From assembly GCF_006345805.1 (NCBI RefSeq), contig NW_021828071.1, positions 1 to 35,498 on the forward strand: a DNA stretch of 35,498 nucleotides, written 5' to 3'. The position numbers were made by a program, and so were the translations under genes. Below the pieces are notes generated by a model that saw only the letters and a list, made by a program, of their open reading frames with translations, was not told the DNA's origin and did not search any database. Origin of the DNA: Octopus sinensis. Lineage: Eukaryota. Positions 26,146 to 35,498 of this stretch are shown in pieces; within the stretch, counting starts at the first letter, position 1; each line of letters opens with the position of its first letter.

Positions 26146-26302
26146 CACATATATATATATACATATATATATATAACATATATATATACATATATATATA
26201 TACATATATATATATACATATATATATAATATACATATAATATACATATATATACATATATATATATTATATATATACATATATATATACATCTATATAT
26301 TA

Positions 26303-26340
<38 letters not shown>

Positions 26341-26457
26341 GATGCATATATATAATATATCATACTATATATATATATACATATTATATATATATACATA
26401 CATACATCATATATAATATATATACATACATACATTATAAATATATATAATATATAT

Positions 26458-26499
<42 letters not shown>

Positions 26500-26500
26500 A
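26015..26500. repeat. (TA)n compound microsatellite
   Basis: Direct reading. Confidence 0.95.
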
Positions 26501-26789
26501 TATATCATCCAGCAAATTAGAAATTAGTAAAGAAAAAATGGCAGATAACCTCGAAGCTGAACTGGCGCGATCTTCTCTCTTACTGCAAAACAACGACATG
26601 AATGTGAAGAAATTTATTTCAATGGAGCAAGTTAGAGACGCTGTGTTCGTGATTTTAATGTTTTAATGTTCACAGAGATATCGTTCTCTTGAAAGGGAAA
26701 ATTCTCGTGAGATGATAAAACAGAAATTTCAACTCATTAAAATGGATGTTATGAAGACAGAAAATTTTCTTAAGAAGGCAGAGGCATTG

Positions 26790-27185
26790 GGTGTATGGTT
26801 AAAAAGCTCGTATTGCAACCACGTTTCAGGTTCGGTTGTTTCGGGTTCAGTCCCACTGTGTGGTACCTTAGGCAAGTATCTTCTATTATAGACCTGGGCC
26901 GATCAATTTCTTGTGAATGAATTTAGTAAACGGAAACTGTATGAAAGCCCTTCATATATGTGTAATGTGTATGTGAGGGGGGTTTGTCTTTGTTCCTTTT
27001 TTTTTCCCCCGCCACCGCTTGACAACCGATGTTGGCTTGTTTAAGTCTCTGTAACAAAGTGGTTCGGCAAAAAGGAATTGACAGAATGTGCAACAGACTA
27101 TTCGCGTCGATTTGTTCGACTAATACCCTTCAAGTCGGCGCCTCAGTATTGACACAGTCCGATGGTTGAAACCAAGGGAAAGGTA
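26790..27185 (+). mobile_element. Older, diverged family B SINE followed by (GAAA)n
   Basis: gggttcagtcccactgtgtggtaccttaggcaagt...cgcttgacaaccgatgttgg...ggttcggcaaaa; (GAAA)n at about 27200-27265. Confidence 0.8.
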
Positions 27186-27232
27186 AACGAACGAACGAAC
27201 AAAAGAAAGAAAGAAAGAAAGAAAGAAAGAAA

Positions 27233-27264
<32 letters not shown>

Positions 27265-27277
27265 AACGAAGGAAGGA

Positions 27278-27372
27278 ATTCAAATTCCTTGACCAGGCGA
27301 TGCCTTGTGCTCTTGAGCGAAACACTTCATTTTAATACTGCTCCAGTCAACTTAGTAGGCAGGAATGAGTAA
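27278..27372 (+). mobile_element. Family C fragment
   Basis: ttgtgctcttgagcgaaacacttcatttt...tgctccagtcaact...aatgagta. Confidence 0.65.
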
Positions 27373-27629
27373 TTCTGCGTTCCTTCCCGTGGGTGGAGGG
27401 ATATATTTCCTACAGCCTTATGAGCCCATGGCTCCGAAGGGTATTTTGATCCATGTTTTTGATATACAAGGTGGGCCTAATTATGGGACAAGGTATGCTA
27501 GTAACTTGGATTATATAAATGGCGTAGAGTATCAAATGTGTTTATTACATAACTGTCCCATCATCATGGCCCACCCTGTATTTGATACATTACACATACA
27601 TACAAATATAACAAATGCTCACACACATA

Positions 27630-27752
27630 AAGGGAGAGAATGTGGGAAGAGCTAGAGAAACATTAAAAAGTCTGGTGTCAAATAAGTCAGCGTCAAATCA
27701 GTGACGCCAAATTGGCGGTGCCAAAACGGCTATGCCAAAACTTCTCATACCC
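27630..27752 (-). repeat. Right arm of the long inverted repeat (partner 23387-23490)
   Basis: 31 of 32 identity core plus flanking similarity. Confidence 0.8.
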
Positions 27753-27827
27753 ATGAAATGCCGCTTATACATAAGCATAGAACGAAACGAGGTGAGTATC
27801 AGGGCCTGTTGATTTATTTTTACACTT

Positions 27828-28260
27828 GCTTTTGTTCTTTCACTTGTTTCTGTCATAGGACTGCAGCCATGCTGGGGCACCGTCTTGAAGTGTTTAGTCG
27901 AACAAATTTAACCCAGTACGTTTTCTAAAACTGGTTCTTATTCGATCGGTCTCTTTTGCTGAACTGCGATTGCGTGGTCGTAAACAAACCAACAGAAGTG
28001 TAAGTGGTTGAGCACTCCACAGATAGCCGTAGTCTTAATGTAGTTCTCAGGGAGAATCAGCGTGTCACAGAATGTGATAAGGCTGGGCCCTTTGAAATTC
28101 AAGTACAACTCATTTTTGCCAGCTGAGTGAACTGGAGCAACGTGAAATGAAGTGAAATGAAGTGACTTGTTCAAGGACAAAACGCGCCACAGGGTATCGA
28201 ACTCACAACGTTACGATCGTGAGCCGAATACTCCTAACCACCAGGCCATGCGCCTTCACA
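27828..28260 (-). mobile_element. Chimeric SINE: family C head and body joined to the family B 3' module
   Basis: C sequence from 28260 down to about 27998, then gtttgtttacg...cagcaaaagagaccgat...ggtgccccagcatggctgcagtc...gaaacaagt (B tail). Confidence 0.8.
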
Positions 28261-28276
28261 TTAACAGCGGGATATT

Positions 28277-28509
28277 TGTTTCTTTATTACCCACAAGGGG
28301 CTAAACATAGAGGGGACAAACAAGAACAGACAAACGGATAAAGTCGATTATATCGACCCCAGTGCGTAACTGGTACTTAATTTATTGACCCCGAAAGGAT
28401 GCAAGGCAAAGTCGACCTCGGCGGAATTTGAACTCAGAACGTAACGGCAGACGAAACACGGCTACGCATTTCGCCCGGCGTGCTAACGTTTCTGCTAGCT
28501 CGCCGCCTT
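28277..28509 (-). mobile_element. Monomeric family A (alternative-tail) SINE with TSD
   Basis: Full head, core and tail; cattaaca(g/a)c(g/a)ggatatt at 28259-28276 and 28510-28527. Confidence 0.92.
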
Positions 28510-28790
28510 CATTAACAACAGGATATTGAAACAGCTACTACTCAACCTGTTACATATAAATATACTTGAACTTTTCAAAATATTGACAAAGTTGTTTATG
28601 GGATAATATATTATGAGATAAGGGATTTTGGCATAACTGGCAAACTAGGAGAATGCTTGCAAGGCGTTTTAACGTACAGAAGTCAAGTTGTTATGATTAA
28701 TATTACACTTTCAAAGATAGGTTGACAGATTTTAATGAAGCGCTTCATAGGATTGGTCTGGGATAATTACAGTTTGTAATACTTCACACA

Positions 28791-29239
28791 TAGGCGCAGG
28801 CGTGGCTGTGTTGTAAGTAGCTTGCTTAGCAGTTACATAGTTCCGGGTTTAGACCTACTGCGTGGCACCTTGGGCAAGTGTCTTCTACTATAGCATCGGG
28901 CTGACCAAAGCCTTGTGAGTGTACTTGGTAGACGGAAACTGAGAGAAGCCCGTCTATATATTATATATATATATATATATATAATATATATATATATATG
29001 CGTGTGTGTTTTTATGTGTTTGTGTTTGTCACCCCAACATCGCTTGACAACCGATGCAGGTGTGTTTACGTCCCCGTAACTTAGAGGTTCGGCAAAAGAG
29101 ACCGATAGAATAAGTACTAGAGAATAAGTACTAGGCTTACAAAGAATAAGTCCTGAGGTCGATTTGCTTGACTAAAGGCGGTGCTCCAGCATGGACACAG
29201 TCAAATGGCTGAAACAAGTAAAAGAGTAAAAAGAGTAAA
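28791..29239 (+). mobile_element. Full-length family B SINE
   Basis: Collinear with other B copies; internal 14-bp duplication gaataagtactaga. Confidence 0.92.
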
Positions 29240-30414
29240 GGGTAATATGTGTCTTCAGTTATTAGATTAACAATTCTCGCTAGCTATACTGATGATATGA
29301 AACTATAGCATACATTAAAATGTTCTAGTGATTTCAAAACTCTACTGCAAAAACCCCAGGGCCTAAAAGAGCGCATTGTTTAATGCAAAAAATACTCAAG
29401 AATGTTTTAAATACTTCACTATCAACTTATGAGGTCTCCGTCTGTCATTAACGGCATCTAACTTTGGCAATGAATGTTATGGAACTTACGGAGCTTGAGC
29501 ACAACCAAATTCCGCTAAATGTACAACCTCCGCTTCTTTCCGAAGAGGAACTAGTATTTTAATAGCTACAGTGCTCAAAGGTTTACATTTCAGCTATATA
29601 ATACATCAAAAACATGACGGATTAACATGAAATTGATGTAATACAGTAAACAACATTTGAATGGAACCTACAACACATCAAGAAATGTAATCGAGAAACG
29701 TATCATCAAAATCTCGTTCAGAAAATATTAAACACAAGGCCAAGTCTGCAGCAGAAGTATTGATGGCAGTGCCCCAGAATAGTTTCCTCCTACTTGTTGG
29801 AATTACTAAAAGATTAAATATTAAACAGATGTGTCTATCTCCAAATATACATATGTGTATATATATATGAAAGAAAGTCTAGCTTTGCTCTGAAATAATT
29901 CTCGAGTTTAAACCCCTACGGTGCGCTAACAGCTCTTTGCATCGTTACAAGTGAAGAATCGTGATTCTGAAATAGTTGGGCCTCAATCAGCTTTCGAAAC
30001 GAACACTTACAACTACACGTGTTCTCACAGTCGGGATGTTTATATATCAGCCAATATCCAGAATAAATCAAATGAGTGAGGACATGCTAGTTATTTCGCA
30101 AATCTCATGCTAGCTTTCGTTACGGTTCGTTTCCAGCAGAATCTAAACTAATTTATGCACTAAAATAAGTATATGATTTATGAGTTCTTTGCTTAAATAA
30201 CACACATTCACGACGGAGGGGTATTTCTTTTATTTCTCAGAACAAACTAGGACTTTTTTTTAAAAAAAAAAGAACTGTTTTTCATAGAAACGTGATAGAG
30301 TGACTGCGGCGTATATAGTTCAAAGAGCAGAAAGAAAAAAATATGTAAATAAAATATTTTGAAACTTTGTGGTTAAATTTGTTTTAAAAAAGATCAAGAA
30401 TGACAAATTACAAC

Positions 30415-30730
30415 TGGCACTCCGTCGGTTACGACGACGAGTGTTCCAGCTGATCCGATCAACGGAACATCCTGCTCATGAAATTAACGTACAGGTGGCT
30501 GTGTATTCCACCGACATATTTAACCTTGATGTAGTTCTCGGCGATATTCAGCGTGGTAAAGAATGGGACAAGGTTGAGCCCTTTGAAATACAGGTTCTAC
30601 TCAATTTTGCCAGCTGAGTGGTCTGGAGCAACTTGAAATAAAGAGACTTGCTCAAGGACACAATGTGCTGCCGGGTATTGAACTCATGCTTGTGAATCGA
30701 ATACTCTAACCACTAAATATGTGCCTTCAC
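30415..30730 (-). mobile_element. Family C SINE with full 3' module
   Basis: Head gtgaaggcac...gtggttagagt, body as 28000-28260, tail gtcgtcgtaaccgacggagtgcca. Confidence 0.85.
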
Positions 30731-30747
30731 AACAACACCCACAACAA

Positions 30748-30935
30748 TGGAAGCGCAATGGCCCAGTGGTTAGGGCAGCGGACTCGCGGTCGTAAGAACG
30801 CGGTTTCGATTCCCAGACCGGGCATTGTGAGTGTTTATTGAGTAAAAACACCTAAGCTCCACGATGCTCCGGCGATTGGGTGGGGGTGAACTCCGCTGTA
30901 CTCTTTCACCACAACTTTCTCTCACTCTTTCTTTC
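30748..30935 (+). mobile_element. Family D SINE, 5' part
   Basis: tggcccagtggttagggcag (A-box), ggtttcgattccc (B-box); matches 16340-16526. Confidence 0.85.
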
Positions 30936-31452
30936 TAGTTCTGCAACAAAACAGAGGAACCATGGTGCAACCCACTATGGTGTGGTAAACTTTCAGACCC
31001 TAGTCTAGATTGCGAATCCTCTGTACCCAGGATGGTTAAAACCACCGTTTACGGAATGAGGATAACAACGTAGCTTTCGCGCCCGTGCAACCGCCAGTCT
31101 ATCGCGTGTGGTGGGTAGATCTTCAAGTTGCCACAACAATTCTTAGTAGCTTAGAGCACGCTCGAATTAGAGATTATTCTTTGTGGCTATTGGCGTGAGC
31201 CATGATTGGAGTAATAAGAAGACACCCACAACAAGTAACAAGGACAAAACTACGAATGAGTTCGTTTTACTTTGAAGTGACATTCATAGCGGTTGTATTC
31301 TCTCCTTGTGGTATCTGTATACAGATAGCTTCTAATACAATAACATAACAATCACCACCACCACACCAACCACAGCAACAATAATGATAACGATGTTGAC
31401 CGCCAAACACTAGGTTTAAAATGGCTTGACATAATTTGATAGAGTGAAGAAT

Positions 31453-31840
31453 AGGCGCAGGACCGGCTGTGTGGTAAGTAGCCTGCTTACCAACCACATG
31501 GTTCCGGGTTCAGTCCCACTGCGTGGCACCTTGGGCAAGTGTCTTCTAATATAGCCTCGGGCCGACCAAAGCCTTGTGAGTGGATTTGGTAGACGGAAAC
31601 TATACTATGTATATGTATATATATGTGTATGTGTGTTTGTGTGTCAGTGTTTGTCCCCACAACATCGCTTGACAACCAATGCTGGTATGTTTACGTCCTC
31701 GTAACTTAGCGGTTCGGCAAAAGAGACCGATGGAATAAGTACTAGGCTTACAAAGAATAAGTCCTGGGATCGATTTTCTCGACTAAAGGCGGTGCTCCAG
31801 CATGACCGCAGTCAAATGACTGAAACAAGTAAAAGAGTAA
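31453..31840 (+). mobile_element. Family B SINE with a small internal deletion
   Basis: Collinear with other B copies. Confidence 0.92.
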
Positions 31841-31851
31841 TAACAATGATA

Positions 31852-32070
31852 ATACTTTCTAGAATAGACACAAGGCCTGAAATTTTGGCGGGGCAATGGG
31901 TTAGACGATTGCACCGACCTCAGTAGTTCAACTGGTACTTATTTTATTGTCCCCGAATGAATGAAAAACAAAGTCGACCTTGGCGGAATTTGAACTCAAC
32001 ATAAAGACGGACGAAATACTGCTGAGTGTTTTTGTCCGGCGTTCTCACGACTCTGCCAGCTCGCTACCTC
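31852..32070 (-). mobile_element. Family A SINE
   Basis: Tail, core and head on the minus strand. Confidence 0.85.
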
Positions 32071-32245
32071 AATAATGATAATAATAATAATAATGATAAT
32101 AATAAGAAGAAGAAAAAGAAGAAGAATATGATGATGATGATGAAGAAGAAGAAGAAAAAGAAGAAGAAGAAGAAGAAGAAGAAGAAGAAGAAGAAGAAGA
32201 AGAAGAAGAAGAAGAAGAAGAAGAAGAAGAAGAAGAAGAAGAAGA
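32071..32245. repeat. (TAA)n(GAA)n microsatellite
   Basis: Direct reading. Confidence 0.95.
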
Positions 32246-32588
32246 ATTTGGCAAAGTATTGCTTAAATTCAAACTACAGGAGTTTGTTTGTTTGTACAAA
32301 AACATAAGGGTAAGAAACGTGATAGAGTGACTGCGGTATATATATTCCTGCAAGTGTCACAAGCGGATGGTTAGTGGAACACCCCATGTTATTTCTTCAG
32401 ATCTTTGGTTGACCTGAAAAAAAGAAGCAAAAAAAAAGAGGCGTAAAAGAAGGAAAAAGAAAGGAACTGGAAAAGGCACAAAGAAAACAGAAAAAAATAT
32501 TAAATTAATATAATGGGATACAAAATTCTCTTTGGGATATATACATTAAGATACATATATACATACATATACAACTATATACATACAT

Positions 32589-32633
<45 letters not shown>

Positions 32634-32640
32634 CATAAGA

Positions 32641-32814
32641 TAGGCGCAGGAGTGGCTGTGTGATAAGTAGCTTGCTTACCAACCACATGGTTCAGGGTTC
32701 AGTCTCATATCGTGGCACCTTAGGCAAGTGTCTTCTACTATAGTCTCGGACTGACCAAAGCCTTGGTAGTGGATTTGGTAGACGGAAACTGAAAGAGGCT
32801 TGTCGTATATAGTG

Positions 32815-32845
<31 letters not shown>

Positions 32846-32928
32846 TTTATGTTCCCCGTTACATAGCGGTTCGGCAAAAGAGACCGATAGAATAAGTACT
32901 AGGCTTACAAAGAATAAGTCCTGGGGTC
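32641..32928 (+). mobile_element. Family B SINE, internally deleted and 3'-truncated
   Basis: Head intact; stops at gaataagtcctggggtc. Confidence 0.9.
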
Positions 32929-33099
32929 CATAAGAATAAATGAAATACATACATACATACATACATACCAATCTTGAGAAAGTAGGCTTCTCAAAAAGAG
33001 AAAGCTGATTCGAAGACTACAGATCTAATCCATCACCGGAACTGTAAAAATCTGTTAAACTTTCCAGAAGTTTATCTTTTAAGTATATTTGAGCATGCC

Positions 33100-33530
33100 T
33101 AGATACGAAACTATATCCATGAGAATACATCAAAGTACTACCTCTCTATGCGACAGAGGTAGTCGCTAAAATAATATACAATGCCATCCGTAAGAAAGTC
33201 TGTCCTAAAATAAATACAGACACCCTACACCCACTCCGTTATTAAAACATCAGCATCGGGAATATGGATGGAACTTTCCTATGAAAACTTCTGTCAGTTG
33301 TGAACATAACAGGTCGGATATTGTCGTTTGGGACGAGAAAAAAAGCATGTACCGCCATAGAAGTCAACTACCCTGCTGATGTGAATATCTCATCGAAAAT
33401 CAAACGTAAGAGGTTATCTACGGACAACTGCCTCGAAACTGTCCAGCTTCTACATCCAGATTACAAAGTCACGTTTATGCCAGTAATAAATAGTATACTT
33501 GGTTTTGTGAGTAAATGCCTTGTAAGTGCC
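33100..33530 (+). mobile_element. Degenerate REL-type LINE fragment of a more distant family (clade unresolved: R4/NeSL/CRE type)
   Basis: With frameshifts: SKYYLSMR/EVVAKIIYNAIRKKVCP...HREYGWNFPMKTSVSCEHNRSDIVVWDEKK/CTAIEVNYPADVNISSKIK...QLLHPDYKVTFMPVINSILGFVSKCL. Confidence 0.8.
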
Positions 33531-33567
33531 TTGTGAGTAAATTTGGTAGACAGAAACAGTGTGGAGA

Positions 33568-33992
33568 GCTGGGGGTGGGACCGAGCTGGAAGAAACGTTA
33601 GCACGCCGGGCGAAATGCTTAACGGTATTTCGTCTGCCGTTACGTTCTGAGTTCAAATTCCGCCGAGGTTGATTTTTGCCTTTCATCCTTTCGGGGTCGA
33701 TTAAATAAGTACCAGTTACGCACTGGGGTCGATATAATCGACTTAATACCTATGTCTGTCCTTGTTTGTCCGCTCTGTGTTTAGCCCCTTGTGGGTAATA
33801 AAGAAATAGGTATTTCGTTTGCCGTTACGTTCTGAGTTCAAATTCCGCCGAGGTCGACTTTGCCTTTCATCCTTTCGGGGTCGATAAATTAAGTACCAGT
33901 TACGCACTGGGATTGATGTAATCGACTTAATCCCTTTGTTTGTCCTTGTTTGTCCCCTCTGTTTTTAGCCCCTTGTGGGCAATAAAAAAATA
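33568..33992 (+). mobile_element. Dimeric family A (alternative-tail) SINE with a perfect 16-bp TSD, nested in a family B remnant
   Basis: agaaacagtgtggaga at 33552-33567 and 33993-34008; second unit starts at 33809. Confidence 0.93.
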
Positions 33993-34264
33993 AGAAACAG
34001 TGTGGAGATCTGTCATGTAATCACACACTCACACACAAGTGTCAACATAGATAAGCTGGCATTTTCACAAAATAAACCAGATAATTCACATATTTCAAGA
34101 AATAATCCACCTAATTCGCACATTTCAAATATAATCTGTAAGTGGTACAGTAAAAGTATGCAAGACTTTTCTCAACTTTATTTCAACGACGGAGCTTGGT
34201 ACCTCTGTTTGAAACCAGATCTTTCCTCGGAGGAGGATTCCAAATAATTAAAGATATGTGAGAA

Positions 34265-34527
34265 CATACATACATACATACATATACACACATATACATA
34301 CATACATACACACACATATACATACATACATACACACACATATACATACATACATACATACATACATACATACATACATACACATATATATACATACATA
34401 CATACATACATACATACATAAATACATGCATACATACATACATACATACATACATGCATACATACATACATACATACATACATACATGCATACATACATA
34501 CATACATATATACATACATACATACAT

Positions 34528-34560
<33 letters not shown>

Positions 34561-34627
34561 TACATACATACATACATACATACATACATACATCATACAT
34601 ACATACATACATACATACATACATACA

Positions 34628-34658
<31 letters not shown>

Positions 34659-34677
34659 TCATACATACATACATACA
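34265..34677. repeat. (CATA)n microsatellite, about 410 bp
   Basis: Direct reading. Confidence 0.95.
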
Positions 34678-34805
34678 GCTGATTCTTCGTTCGTGGGAAA
34701 ATTCAAAATTAAACTCCGAGTAACATAAATGCATAGTAACACATATAGTCTGTATTTGCTCCTTAAAGGACGACGCTGGGATTTTATGGTAAAAGGCCGT
34801 AATTG

Positions 34806-34915
34806 TGAAGTCACAAAGAACAAGAAATATATATTTTAAGACCGAAACATGTGAATGAAATGGAGGAACGAAACAATAAATGTTAAGTGATACATTTAAG
34901 CTCACGGTAATACTT
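34806..34915 (+). repeat. 110-bp direct repeat, copy 1
   Basis: Matches 35322-35431 with 5 substitutions and no indels. Confidence 0.95.
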
Positions 34916-35320
34916 ACTCTTTTACTCTTTTACTTGTTTCAGTCATTTGACTGCGGCCATGCTGAAGCACCGCCTTTAGTCGAGCAAATCGACCCCGGGA
35001 CTTATTCTTTGTAAGCCCAGTACTTATTCTATTGGTCTCTTTTGCCGAACCGCTAAGTTACGGGGACTTAAACACACCAGCATCGGTTGTCAAGCAATGC
35101 TAGGGGGACAAACACACACACACAAACACACACACATACATATATATACATATATACGACATGCTTCTTTCAGTTTCCGTCTACCAAATCCACTCACAAG
35201 GCATTGGTCGGCCCGGGGCTTTAGCAGAAGACACTTGCCCAAGATGCCACGCAGTGGGACTGAACCCGGAACCATGTGGTTGGTTAGCAAGCTACTTACC
35301 ACACAGCCACTCCTGCGCTT
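34916..35320 (-). mobile_element. Full-length family B SINE bracketed by the 110-bp direct repeat
   Basis: Collinear with other B copies. Confidence 0.93.
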
Positions 35321-35321
35321 A

Positions 35322-35431
35322 TGAAGTCAAAAAGAACAAGAAATATCTATTTTAAGACCGAAACATGTGAATGAAATTGAGAAACGAAATAATAAATGTT
35401 AAGTGATACATTTAAGCTCACGGTAATACTT
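35322..35431 (+). repeat. 110-bp direct repeat, copy 2
   Basis: Matches 34806-34915 with 5 substitutions and no indels. Confidence 0.95.
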
Positions 35432-35498
35432 GATGACATTTTAGCCATTATTAATGTTCTGTGCAAGTCCTGACTGCCATAGGGTAATGAGTAAGGTC

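Noticed and set aside
26538-26666. Short ORF starting MADNLEAELARSSLLLQ
   Set aside because: About 42 codons, unrecognised, ends at a small duplication; insufficient evidence for an exon.
27753-27797. ATG plus 13 codons followed by a strong donor gag/gtgagt
   Set aside because: Sits directly against a repeat arm; isolated donor matches are expected by chance.
30748-30822. tRNA gene candidates (also the heads at 6660-6733 and 28190-28260)
   Set aside because: A and B boxes are present but they continue into multi-copy SINE bodies and I could not fold a full cloverleaf; treated as SINE heads.
33145-33170. ctacctct...agaggtag hairpin
   Set aside because: 8-bp stem inside a decayed LINE coding region; compatible with chance.
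35465-35498. Second possible 8-nt micro-exon (catag/GGTAATGA/gtaagg)
   Set aside because: Weak pyrimidine tract, and the window ends before context can be judged.

Overview
AT-rich eukaryotic non-coding (intronic or intergenic) DNA saturated with microsatellites and transposon debris. The SINE families look like those I recognise from octopus genomes; this is an inference and was not checked against a database. I can support no host protein-coding exon, rRNA, true tRNA or CRISPR array. Most ORFs in the track are microsatellite translations. Real coding remnants are all from mobile elements: six fragments of restriction-like-endonuclease (REL) non-LTR retrotransposons (R4/Dong-like, mostly inside (TAA)n tracts), an RTE/BovB-type LINE 3' end, and a Gypsy integrase GPY/F fragment inside a DINE-1/HINE-like element. 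At least four tRNA-derived SINE families (my labels A-D) occur in over 30 copies. The strongest observations concern insertion mechanism: a 110-bp direct repeat flanking one SINE, a dimeric SINE with the same junction and its own TSD at two loci, a triplicated LINE 5' junction, and opposite-strand use of TAA arrays by LINEs and SINEs. I found no new gene system.
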